From: Cyanobacteriota bacterium
GTDB taxonomy: Bacteria; Cyanobacteriota; Cyanobacteriia; Cyanobacteriales; Nostocaceae
Length of the DNA: 64,000 bases
Direction: 5' to 3'
Assembly: GCA_046045965.1 (NCBI GenBank)
Contig: JBJOKS010000022.1
Location: 49,224-113,223 of the forward strand
The translations under genes were made by a program, and so were the position numbers. The notes beneath the pieces were generated by a model. The model was not told where the DNA came from. It worked only from the letters and a program-made list of their open reading frames with translations, and searched no databases. Numbering within the stretch: the stretch's first letter is position 1; the number at the start of each line of letters is the position of its first letter. Of the stretch, positions 1 through 9,154 are shown piece after piece.

Positions 1-397
1 ACCCAATGAAATTATTGGTATTACTGCTTCTATTCCTGAACATGAAGCTTATGTTCAGATGTGTCGTAAAAATCGCCAATTGGCTAAATTTTACAAGGTA
101 CTTTGTACAGATATCTACACTTTAACAGATCGTTCTTTACCGATGTTAGATGTGGCTGCACTCTTTCATATTGGTGAATTTTATATGGCTGAAGACGCTC
201 CCTTTGTGCATCATAATGATGAATCAATGGTTGATCTATTTCTCAGAAAATTGAATCCTCACGGGAAAATACTGTTCTATACACAGTCTGTAGGTTATGC
301 TAAAGCTGAAGAAATCATTGAATCATTTACAGCCCAAGGGAAAATTTATCTAGTTGAAAAATACAAGAGTCTTTTGGTTTATGCTAAGAGTAAGTAA
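1..397 (+). CDS. Hypothetical protein, 5'-partial
   Basis: Frame is open from position 2 (PNEIIGITASIPEHEAYVQMCRK...) to TAA at 397; no family recognised. Confidence 0.55.
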   Translation, partial: PNEIIGITASIPEHEAYVQMCRKNRQLAKFYKVLCTDIYTLTDRSLPMLDVAALFHIGEFYMAEDAPFVHHNDESMVDLFLRKLNPHGKILFYTQSVGYAKAEEIIESFTAQGKIYLVEKYKSLLVYAKSK

Positions 398-469
398 GTT
401 GAATCAAGCCGTGATGTGATATTAATTTGGAGTATGTAGGCATTCAGTTTATATTTGAATGCTTACATT

Positions 470-730
470 TCAATATCCAAAGCGTTGATTTAATGGGTGT
501 GCTGCTCGATCTTTCATTACTTCTTCTAGCATAGCGTCTACTGACTCAGGATCATCAGCAAATAATCCCAGTAAACGGTCCTTTGCTGGTTCTGCTACTG
601 CTAGTTTATCAATTGCATAAGCAACCAACTGTGAAAAGTCTAAATTGTGGGACTTTGCCAAAGTAAGGGCTTTTTCCAGGGTTTTTTGGTCGAGTTGTAG
701 TTCTATTTTTTCTACGTCACATTTTACCAT
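470..730 (-). CDS. Small hypothetical protein, antitoxin-like (EKIELQLD...LLGLFADDPE)
   Basis: 86-aa ORF overlapping the stop of the upstream Phd/YefM gene; RHH-like N-terminus and acidic C-terminus. Confidence 0.5.
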   Translation of the reverse strand: MVKCDVEKIELQLDQKTLEKALTLAKSHNLDFSQLVAYAIDKLAVAEPAKDRLLGLFADDPESVDAMLEEVMKDRAAHPLNQRFGY

Positions 731-1010
731 GAGCTAAACCCTCCAGTGCAGATGTAAAGGCTTCTATACTAACCATTTTAGACTGAGTAAGTGCAACCTC
801 AGCAGATTGACCTAAAACCATATCTTCTAATTCATTCAGCCGATGAATTAATTGTTGGTAGCTTTGGGCTGAGATAATTACATGACTAGGGCGTGATTGT
901 TTGGTGAGTAGAACTGGCTCAGTAGTGGCTTTGTCAAAAACTTCTCCGTGTTGATTGCGAGCATCTGTGAAAGTGTAGGTTTGTATAGCAATTTTGACTA
1001 ATTTCGACAT
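717..1010 (-). CDS. Phd/YefM family antitoxin
   Basis: TYTFTDARNQHGEVFDKA..EPVLLTKQSRPSHVIISAQSYQQL is a typical Phd fold pattern; start placed at ATG 1010. Confidence 0.75.
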   Translation of the reverse strand: MSKLVKIAIQTYTFTDARNQHGEVFDKATTEPVLLTKQSRPSHVIISAQSYQQLIHRLNELEDMVLGQSAEVALTQSKMVSIEAFTSALEGLAHGKM

Positions 1011-1098
1011 TTTGGCTATATTTATTTTAGCAGATGCGATCGCATAACTATAGTCAATGTAGAGATGCAAGTATTATTTCATCAATGGGCTGCTAACT

Positions 1099-2292
1099 TT
1101 AATTTATCCAAAACACCCCCACCTTATCCACCTTTTCCCAAGGTAATTCTATATCACTCCTACCCACATGACCATAAGCAGCAAGCTGACGATAAAAACC
1201 ACCTTTAGTTAATGAAGGTAAAAACCTTAAATTAAATTGTTTAATAATTCCTGCTAACCGAAAATCAAAATGTTTCTCTAAAATTGCCGTTATTTCCTCA
1301 TCAGAAATCTTCCCAGTTCCAAAAGTTTCTACCTGCACACTTACAGGTCGAGAAAGTCCAATAGAATAACTTAACTGCACTTCGCATTCATCAGCTAATT
1401 TAGCAGCAACAACATTTTTAGCAGCATATCTGGCAGCATAAGCCCCAATTCTATCTATTCTCACAGGGTCTTTACCACTTAACGCCGAACCGCTATGTTT
1501 AGAATATTCACCATAGGTATCAATAGCGTTTTTTCTACCTGTTAAACCTGCATGAGTAGTAGGACCACCAATAATAAATCTGCCATCAGGATTAATAAAT
1601 ATTCTAGTTTTAGCATCAGGTTTAATTGCTTCATTTGCAAACACAGGAGCAATCACAGTTTCACGAATATCATCACGTAATTGCTGTAAATCAGGTTTTG
1701 CAGATTGATTTTGACTAGCAATAACTGTAATACTGTGAATTCTATAAGGTCTACGATTTTTATATTCAACACCTACCTGAGTTTTACCATCTGGTGTCAG
1801 ATAGGGGAGGATTTTTTGCTTTCTCACCTCACTAATTTGTCGAGCTAATTTATGTGCTAACCAAATGGGTAAAGGCATAAAATTATAAGTTTGATTGCAA
1901 GCAAAACCAAAAACCGTAGCTTGATTAGTAACAGTAATTTTCTCTATTTCCGCATCAGATAAAATTTTTTCATCAAATAAATGATGTTCTTCAGGAGGCA
2001 ATTCTGTTAAACTAGTTAAAATACTGCAATTTTTACCATTGAATTCCGTTTTGTGATAACCAACTTGTTCAATTACCTGCCTAGCAATATTTGTAAAATC
2101 CACATTAGCACTAGGTTCAAATCTAGCAGCAATAAAAACAATTCCTGTAGACACAGCACATTCTGTAATAATTCTCGCGTAGGGATCTTGTTGTAAAAAC
2201 CTATCTACAATAGCATCACTAATCTGATCACAAAGCTTATCAGGATGCCCTTCCGTAACAGATTCCGACGTAAACATAAAATCCTTTTTCAT
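1099..2292 (-). CDS. metK: Methionine adenosyltransferase (MetK) family protein, divergent paralog
   Basis: FTSESVTEGHPDK, PDGKTQV, GLTGRK, SGKD and AAYGH motifs; start reassigned to MKKDFMFTSE at 2292. Confidence 0.85.
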   Translation of the reverse strand: MKKDFMFTSESVTEGHPDKLCDQISDAIVDRFLQQDPYARIITECAVSTGIVFIAARFEPSANVDFTNIARQVIEQVGYHKTEFNGKNCSILTSLTELPPEEHHLFDEKILSDAEIEKITVTNQATVFGFACNQTYNFMPLPIWLAHKLARQISEVRKQKILPYLTPDGKTQVGVEYKNRRPYRIHSITVIASQNQSAKPDLQQLRDDIRETVIAPVFANEAIKPDAKTRIFINPDGRFIIGGPTTHAGLTGRKNAIDTYGEYSKHSGSALSGKDPVRIDRIGAYAARYAAKNVVAAKLADECEVQLSYSIGLSRPVSVQVETFGTGKISDEEITAILEKHFDFRLAGIIKQFNLRFLPSLTKGGFYRQLAAYGHVGRSDIELPWEKVDKVGVFWIN

Positions 2293-2353
2293 AGAAAAAT
2301 CCTCTCTTTTCTCTGCGTTCTCTGCGCCTCTGCGGTTCGTTACCATCATGATT

Positions 2354-5323
2354 TTAATTGATTTTTTTACTCCCTTCATTAACCAAAAGTGGCAACAAAG
2401 CACCACCAGCAATAACAGCAGCATCTCCTATATTCAATTGTGCAATCTTCAACAAACCCCGTAATTGTGGCACAGTTAAAGCTAAAATTTGAATACCAAA
2501 AGAACCAACAACAGCAGTATTTAAATAAGGATTAGATGGTAATTTTTCTTTACTAAAAATACTGTGTTTTTCAGAACGACTGCTAATAGTATGTAGTAAT
2601 TGCCCTGATGTTAAAGTCATAAAAGCTAAGGTACTAGATTTAGGACTAATTCCATATTTAAAAATACCGTAACCATAAGCAGCTAAGGTACTAATAGATA
2701 TGGCAGCAGATTCAAACACAATTCTGCCGAAATCGGTATTTTTAATAATTTGTTCATTAGGGTTACGAGGAGGTTGATTTAATACGTCTGGTTCTGGTGC
2801 TTCCATAGCTAAAGAAAGTCCAGGGAAAATATCAGTTACTAAGTTCAACCATAGCAGTTGAATTGCGTTTAAAGGTTCACCAATACCCACTGCGGTAGCG
2901 GTTGTCATCACCATAATTTCACTGAGATTTGTAGCTAGGAGAAAATGCACAGATTTTCTGATATTGTTGTAAATTGTTCTGCCTCTACTAACCGCAATCA
3001 TCATTGTTTCTAATCTGTCATCTTCCAGCACGATATCAGCAACTTCACGGGCAACATCTGTACCTTCTTTACCCATTGCTACACCGACTTGGGCAGCTTT
3101 TAATGCTGGTGCGTCATTAATACCATCACCGGTCATAGAGACAACTTTACCCGATGTCTGCAATGCTTGGACAATTTGTAGCTTATTACTAGGACTAATG
3201 CGGGCAAAAACGTCAACTTTGTCGCTGAGTGCTGCTAATGCTTCGGGTGTGAGATTATTGAGGTTATTAGAGTCGAGAATTTCTAATTGAGGATGTCGAT
3301 TTAATTCTAACTCTTTTGCGATCGCATAAGCTGTAGGAGTTTGATCACCAGTAATCATTACCGTATCAATTCCCGCTTGATGAAAGTCTGCAATTAATTC
3401 TTTTGCACCTTTTCTAATTGGATCAGCCATCCCCACCAAACCCAACCAAATTAAATCTGATTCATGATTATTGTTATTTTCTACTTCCTCAATATAACCA
3501 TAAGCTACACCCAAAACTCTTAACGCTTTTCCTGCCAAACGATCATTTTCTATTTCCATCTTTTGCCTATCTTCTGCTGTCAAAGGTACAACTTCACCGT
3601 TGTTGATCCACCGATGACAAATTTGTAAAACTTCCGCAGGATTTCCTTTAACTGCAACCATTTGATGACAATTATGAGTTGAATGAATTGTACTCATGAG
3701 GTTGCGATTTTCTGACCGCAAATTAGTTTGCAATAAAGGATATTTTTCTTTCAATGCCATCACATCTACACCCGCACTAATCGCTGTGTAAATCAAAGAA
3801 TTTTCTGTGGCCGAACCTGTAACTTGATATTCACCATCATGGTTTTGACTAACTTCACTTTCATTACAAAGCACTGCCACGTGAATTAATTTTAATAATT
3901 CATTATAGGTATAGGGATTAATAGATTTTTCCTCTACAATAAATTCACCATCAGTTACTTGAATGTGTTTACTGTCGGTGACAATTTCCACTACAGACAT
4001 TTTATTTTCTGTGAGTGTCCCGGTTTTATCTAAGCAAATTGTTTGCACAGAACCCAAGGCTTCAACTGCATTTAAACTGCGGACAAGAACGTGATTTTTT
4101 CGCATATCACGAATGCCTAAAGCTAGGGTTGTGGTGGCAATTGTTGGTAAACCTTCGGGTACTGCTGCGACTGCTAAAGAGATAGAAGATTGCAAAATTG
4201 CTAATAAATTATATCCTCGTAATATTCCCAAACCAAAGACTAAACCACATAATCCCATGCTAATTAAAACCAGTTGGCTACCCACTTGATCTAATTGTTT
4301 AGCAAGGGGAGTTTGGGTTGTTGTTGCTTCACTTACTAATTGCTGAATCTTGCCCATTTCGGTAAATTTGCCTGTAGCAACTACCGCAGCTATTCCCTGT
4401 CCATTAATTACTAATGTACCTTTATAAATCATATTGATGCGATCAGCTAAAGGCACATCTTCAGCATTTAAAGAAGTAGTAATTTTAGTAACGGGAACAC
4501 TTTCCCCAGTTAAAGCAGATTCATCAATACTTAAATTTTCAGCTTCAACAATTCTCGCATCTGCGGCAATATAGCTACCAGGTTTAAGGACTAAAATATC
4601 TCCTAATACTACATTTTCTGTAGGTATTTCTTGTAAGTTACTATCTCTAATTACCCAGGTTGATTTTTCTGAGCGATTTTTTAGGGAATTAATAATGCGT
4701 TCTGACTGACTTTCTGTAAGATAACCAATGGCAGCATTTAAACCAACTACACCCAAAATTACTACAGCGTCAATAATTCCCCCAGTGAAAATAGAAATTC
4801 CCGCAGCAACACCTAATAAAGCAACTGGTAATGATTTAAACTGCTCAACTAACATACTGATTTCTGAGCGTTTTACTGTTGCTGATAATAGATTTTTACC
4901 ATATTTATTGAGGTGTTTATTGGCAGTTTCACTAGATAATCCTGAAATGTTAGAAGTATTTAATGATTGCAGAACATTATCCGCTGTCCTTAAATGCCAG
5001 TTTTCGGTTTTTTGTTCTTGTTTGGGTACAGTAAATTTATCTTTTTTGGGAATTTTAGCTAATACTTTCACATCATAAAATCCAGCCTTATCTTTATAAT
5101 CTGATAAAGCTTGATCAATGAGATATGCAATTTTTTTATAGCTAACATCCGGTTGAAAAGTTACCAGAATATTACTGGTTAACACATTAGCAGCAACAGA
5201 AAATATTTCTGGGTAACTGGCAAGCGATCGCTCCAAATATATCTTTAATGACTGCGAACGATAAAGTTCATCAATTTTATATCTAGCTCTCCCTTTGACA
5301 CTGTTGTGTATTATTTGAATCAC
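2354..5323 (-). CDS. P-type (P2/HAD-IC) cation-transporting ATPase with N-terminal HMA2-like domain
   Basis: TGES, PEGL, DKTGT, TGD, GDGINDAP and LWLNLVTD motifs; N-terminal IHNSVKGRARYKI. Confidence 0.92.
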   Translation of the reverse strand: MIQIIHNSVKGRARYKIDELYRSQSLKIYLERSLASYPEIFSVAANVLTSNILVTFQPDVSYKKIAYLIDQALSDYKDKAGFYDVKVLAKIPKKDKFTVPKQEQKTENWHLRTADNVLQSLNTSNISGLSSETANKHLNKYGKNLLSATVKRSEISMLVEQFKSLPVALLGVAAGISIFTGGIIDAVVILGVVGLNAAIGYLTESQSERIINSLKNRSEKSTWVIRDSNLQEIPTENVVLGDILVLKPGSYIAADARIVEAENLSIDESALTGESVPVTKITTSLNAEDVPLADRINMIYKGTLVINGQGIAAVVATGKFTEMGKIQQLVSEATTTQTPLAKQLDQVGSQLVLISMGLCGLVFGLGILRGYNLLAILQSSISLAVAAVPEGLPTIATTTLALGIRDMRKNHVLVRSLNAVEALGSVQTICLDKTGTLTENKMSVVEIVTDSKHIQVTDGEFIVEEKSINPYTYNELLKLIHVAVLCNESEVSQNHDGEYQVTGSATENSLIYTAISAGVDVMALKEKYPLLQTNLRSENRNLMSTIHSTHNCHQMVAVKGNPAEVLQICHRWINNGEVVPLTAEDRQKMEIENDRLAGKALRVLGVAYGYIEEVENNNNHESDLIWLGLVGMADPIRKGAKELIADFHQAGIDTVMITGDQTPTAYAIAKELELNRHPQLEILDSNNLNNLTPEALAALSDKVDVFARISPSNKLQIVQALQTSGKVVSMTGDGINDAPALKAAQVGVAMGKEGTDVAREVADIVLEDDRLETMMIAVSRGRTIYNNIRKSVHFLLATNLSEIMVMTTATAVGIGEPLNAIQLLWLNLVTDIFPGLSLAMEAPEPDVLNQPPRNPNEQIIKNTDFGRIVFESAAISISTLAAYGYGIFKYGISPKSSTLAFMTLTSGQLLHTISSRSEKHSIFSKEKLPSNPYLNTAVVGSFGIQILALTVPQLRGLLKIAQLNIGDAAVIAGGALLPLLVNEGSKKIN

Positions 5324-5867
5324 TACTTTGTTGCTCCTGAAATTCCATTGAAACAGTATTAATTGATAAATTCGTTAATTGAGTTTCATCCTCAAAATTC
5401 AATCTGGTAAAAATATCAAAAGCATACCAAGCCAATATATACCAAGGTATTTCTTCTAATTCAAATCCTTTTCTTAACAATTGTCGCAGCGAAAGTAAAC
5501 CTATTGCTAAAGGTAATATTACTCGTAAATCAGCAACACCATTTGTCATTCTCCCCACATCTGCATTAAGATCAGATACTACATTTATAAAATCTTTTGC
5601 TGCTTCTGTTTTACCATTGGTGAACCGGTTTGAATAAGTTCTAGATTTCCAACTTTCTGGTTTTTCCTTTCTAGCATCTGCGGTTGCTTTTTCCACAGTT
5701 TCGCCCATTTCTGCAACTGCATCCTTGACCCTTTCTGATAAAAGAATACTATCTTTAATAGTATTTTGGACTACAGGTTGTTTCATAGCTGACGCAATAG
5801 GTAAAATCACAGGTGAGAAGACTATTGCTGTCAACCCTTCAAAAATAGTGTCTAATGTAGATGCCAT
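5283..5867 (-). CDS. DUF5132-like / HMA2-associated membrane protein
   Basis: N-half PVILP..IKDSILLSERVKDAVAEMGE resembles DUF5132; C-terminal DLRVILPLAIG..IPWYILAWYAFDIF hydrophobic segment. Confidence 0.6.
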   Translation of the reverse strand: MASTLDTIFEGLTAIVFSPVILPIASAMKQPVVQNTIKDSILLSERVKDAVAEMGETVEKATADARKEKPESWKSRTYSNRFTNGKTEAAKDFINVVSDLNADVGRMTNGVADLRVILPLAIGLLSLRQLLRKGFELEEIPWYILAWYAFDIFTRLNFEDETQLTNLSINTVSMEFQEQQSSDSNNTQQCQRES

Positions 5868-6143
5868 TTTTTAACCTCCATTGTGAGTAAGTTATCTAAG
5901 TCAATCAATATAAAAGTGTAATTAAAATTATAACTATTTCCATCATCCTAAAGTCAGAGAAGTATTGGTAAGCAAATAGCAAAATTAAAGCTTATTTTCC
6001 TCTAAAATTATTACTTTAGTAATACACTAGATGGCTTGGTGACTCACATAAGAATTACACCTCTAGACTCATGTAATAGAAACATAAAAACCTTAATACT
6101 AAAAAGGATATTCAATAACTATGACTTACATAAAAATAGTTCC

Positions 6144-6605
6144 ATGACAAATTCAGAAAACCCAAATCAACAAATTCAAACATTGCGTACACTGATTCAA
6201 GATGTTGACTCTGCAATGTTAACCACAGTCGATGATGATGGTAGTTTGCATAGTCGTCCTATGTCTATTTTTAGCGACATTGACACAGATGGTAGACTTT
6301 GGTTTTTTACCTTTGCGAATTCCCATAAAGTATTAGAAATTGAACGTCGTCAACAAGTAAATGTGAGTTTTTCTTCACCTGATCAACAGCGATATGTTTC
6401 CATATCCGGTACAGCAGAACTCGTCAGAGATAGAAATAAATTACAAGAAAAATGGCAACAAAAATTACAAACTTGGTTTCATCATGGAGTAGATGATCCG
6501 AATATTGCTTTGTTGAAGGTGAATATAAACAAAGCAGATTATTGGGAAAGTCCATCAAGTTTTACACCACAAACAATTAGTTTATTAGAACTTTCACACC
6601 GTTAA
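6144..6605 (+). CDS. General stress protein 26 / pyridoxamine 5'-phosphate oxidase-like FMN-binding protein
   Basis: AMLTTVDDDGSLHSRPM, LWFFT, YVSISG, WF..G.DDP, ADYW; start at ATG 6144. Confidence 0.85.
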   Translation: MTNSENPNQQIQTLRTLIQDVDSAMLTTVDDDGSLHSRPMSIFSDIDTDGRLWFFTFANSHKVLEIERRQQVNVSFSSPDQQRYVSISGTAELVRDRNKLQEKWQQKLQTWFHHGVDDPNIALLKVNINKADYWESPSSFTPQTISLLELSHR

Positions 6606-6671
6606 ACTTTAATTTTTCCTAGCCCCTTTTTACCCCTTTTTAAGGGGTATCTCCATGCAAATTAAAATTGA

Positions 6672-6884
6672 TCAGCTTCTAACTTCTCTTTGACTTTGGG
6701 AATGAGTTTTTTCAATATATCCCATTAAGCTTTCCGCCATTTCTACAGACGCAATAATTAATTGCTGTTCCATATTTCCAGAACCTCCCTCATCACTAAC
6801 TTGGGGGTAAATATGAGGATTAGATAGCATCGCAGCCAATAATTGAGATGCAGTCTTTTTCAATTCATCAACTTGTGTATTCAT
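6672..6884 (-). CDS. Small hypothetical protein
   Basis: 70-aa ORF starting 4 nt after the stop of the HPF/CSD gene, probably co-transcribed. Confidence 0.65.
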   Translation of the reverse strand: MNTQVDELKKTASQLLAAMLSNPHIYPQVSDEGGSGNMEQQLIIASVEMAESLMGYIEKTHSQSQREVRS

Positions 6885-6888
6885 TTAT

Positions 6889-7518
6889 CTATTCCTGCCA
6901 ATCTAAAGGCGGTTCAATCATAGTTTCTGATGATTTACCAGCACGAACACCGGGTTTATCAACGATTTTTACAGAGCTTGCTTGGGGTCCTTCTTCACCT
7001 TCTTCTTGAGAAAAATGCACACCCGTACCAATTTCTAAACGGTCAAAATCATTATGTAAAACGCTATTGTGATGGAAATATATTTCCCTACCATCTAAAG
7101 TTTTTAGGAAACCATAGCCATCTTCTCGAAATATTTTAGTGACAAAACCTGTACTTTCTTGTACTTCTTCATATCGGTGAGCTACTTCACTTGCACGTTG
7201 CATTTGCGTAAGTTTAGCTAACTGCTGACGCATAGCATCAAAGGTGTCTCTAATGACTGCATCTAGCGGTTGATATTGAATACCCTCACCAGGATTTTTT
7301 TCCGCTGCTAGTTCATGTCCTGGGGGAACAGTCAGATCAATTCTCACCCGGTAAGGAGAACCACTGCTGGGACGGTCATGAATTTTTTCAATAGCGATAT
7401 GACAGCTATTGATGTAGTTACAAATATTTTCCAGCTTGGCGATTTTTTCGTGAACTAAAGTATCAATTGCATCTGATTTTTCTAGATTACGATAGGTGAT
7501 TTCTGGTTGTATTTTCAT
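6889..7518 (-). CDS. HPF/RaiA family ribosome-associated protein with C-terminal cold-shock domain
   Basis: ITYRNLEKSDAI..KIAKLE..YRVRIDLTVP, then GYGFLKTLDGREIYFHHNSV (CSD RNP motifs). Confidence 0.88.
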   Translation of the reverse strand: MKIQPEITYRNLEKSDAIDTLVHEKIAKLENICNYINSCHIAIEKIHDRPSSGSPYRVRIDLTVPPGHELAAEKNPGEGIQYQPLDAVIRDTFDAMRQQLAKLTQMQRASEVAHRYEEVQESTGFVTKIFREDGYGFLKTLDGREIYFHHNSVLHNDFDRLEIGTGVHFSQEEGEEGPQASSVKIVDKPGVRAGKSSETMIEPPLDWQE

Positions 7519-7753
7519 GCTTTTATAGTCCAAATAGCCAATCTAAATATTTACTTGTTACAAATGCCTTGGTTCTATATTCCATCTAAGTTTATCTTAC
7601 ATTCATTAAACAATTTTAAACAAAAAAATAATGATTTTCCTCTCACTCAGGGTAAGAGATTTTTACTTTAAGTATCTACCTTGAGGATGAGTTGACCAGG
7701 CAATTATTAAGTATTATATTTAAAATGAACTTTGTTGTTATAGAAAACTTAAA

Positions 7754-9049
7754 TTGAATGCAGATTTAATCAGTAGCATAATATGGCTAAGTGGCTGCCT
7801 TATCCTAGTTTTATTTGTACTTGCTTTATTCGTCCTTTATTTAAGGATTTCTTGGTATAAGAAAATCAAGTACAGAATGACAGATGTTCCTAACTTTGAG
7901 GAACCTCATTTTTTTCCAGCAATGATGAGCGTGTCAAATTCACTCATTACTTCTGGTGATCCAGCAAAATTTTGGTTTGATATTGATGCTATTTATACAG
8001 CTAGACTAGAGGCAATTAAATGCGCCCAAAAAACAATTCATTTTGAAACATTTTACATGACTCCTGGGCAGCGGGCTGATGAATTTGCTAGGGCGTTAAT
8101 TGAGCGATCGCAAACAGGTGTAGAAGTCCTCTTTATTGCCGATAGCGTGGGGGTAAACTCAATTTCTACCAACTATTGGCAACGGTTAAAAGCTGGAGGT
8201 GTAGCAGTCCGATTTTTTCATCAATTTAATTGGCAAACTCCCCTCACTTATAACATCCGCACCCACCGCAAATTATTATTAATTGATGGTGAAATTGCTT
8301 TTGTTGGCGGTATGGGTGTTTCTGATCATTGGGATGGTATTATGCCTAAAAATATCACCCCCCCTTGGCTAGATTTAGAGGTTTGCTTTAGTGGGCAAAT
8401 TGTTGTTACTCTAGAAGGAATTTTTATGCAACATTGGTTGTACGAAGGTGGTGTGGCCAGTCTGAGAGCAGAACTGTTTAAAACTCAAGTTGTTGGTGGT
8501 TTAACTATGTTAGTAACACCTAGTAGTTCACCATCTCCTTTTTCTTCTGTCTGCGCTCTTTTTTCTACAGCTTTCCTAGCAGCGAAAAACCGCATTTACA
8601 TTGCTACCCCTTACTTTTTACCTGATAGCAACTCTCGGAGAGCTTTATTAGCAGCAAAACAAAGAGGTGTTGAGATTCGTATTCTGACAATGGGTGCAAA
8701 GAATGATAAAACTTTAGTTTACTATGCAGTCCGTCAAGGTTACGGTGAATTATTAACAGCAGGAATTAAAATATATGAATATCAGCCCAGCATGATGCAC
8801 GCCAAAGTTTTGCTCATTGATGATAATTTTGTTAGTACAGGTAGTGCTAACTTAGATCCCCGCAGTATGTTCCATAATGATGAATTGAATATTTCTTTAT
8901 CTGAGTCTAAATTAGCTCAATTTGTACAACAATTCTTTGTTTATGGTTTCTCTCACAGTCATCAGATAAATATGTCAGAATGGAGAAAGCGCAGTATTTG
9001 GCAAAAGTTTTTAGGTAGATTAACTTTGTCTTTTCGTTGGCAATTATAA
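7754..9049 (+). CDS. cls: Cardiolipin synthase-like phospholipase D family protein
   Basis: Two HxKxxxxD motifs (HRKLLLID, HAKVLLID) and an N-terminal TM helix. Confidence 0.85.
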   Translation: MNADLISSIIWLSGCLILVLFVLALFVLYLRISWYKKIKYRMTDVPNFEEPHFFPAMMSVSNSLITSGDPAKFWFDIDAIYTARLEAIKCAQKTIHFETFYMTPGQRADEFARALIERSQTGVEVLFIADSVGVNSISTNYWQRLKAGGVAVRFFHQFNWQTPLTYNIRTHRKLLLIDGEIAFVGGMGVSDHWDGIMPKNITPPWLDLEVCFSGQIVVTLEGIFMQHWLYEGGVASLRAELFKTQVVGGLTMLVTPSSSPSPFSSVCALFSTAFLAAKNRIYIATPYFLPDSNSRRALLAAKQRGVEIRILTMGAKNDKTLVYYAVRQGYGELLTAGIKIYEYQPSMMHAKVLLIDDNFVSTGSANLDPRSMFHNDELNISLSESKLAQFVQQFFVYGFSHSHQINMSEWRKRSIWQKFLGRLTLSFRWQL

Positions 9050-9082
9050 AAAGTAATAATTCAGTATTTAAGAGACTTTCCA

Positions 9083-9150
9083 CCCTATTCCCTATTCCCT
9101 ATTCCCTATTCCCTATTCCCTGTTCCCTGTTCCCTGTTCCCTGTTCCCTG
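9083..9150. repeat. STRR heptamer array (CCCTATT)n then (CCCTGTT)n
   Basis: Direct tandem heptamers. Confidence 0.95.
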
Positions 9151-9154
9151 ATAT

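Noticed and set aside
2293..2424. N-terminal extension of MetK
   Set aside because: Overlaps the ATPase 3' end and a CGCAGAG-type repeat; homology begins at MKKDFMFTSE
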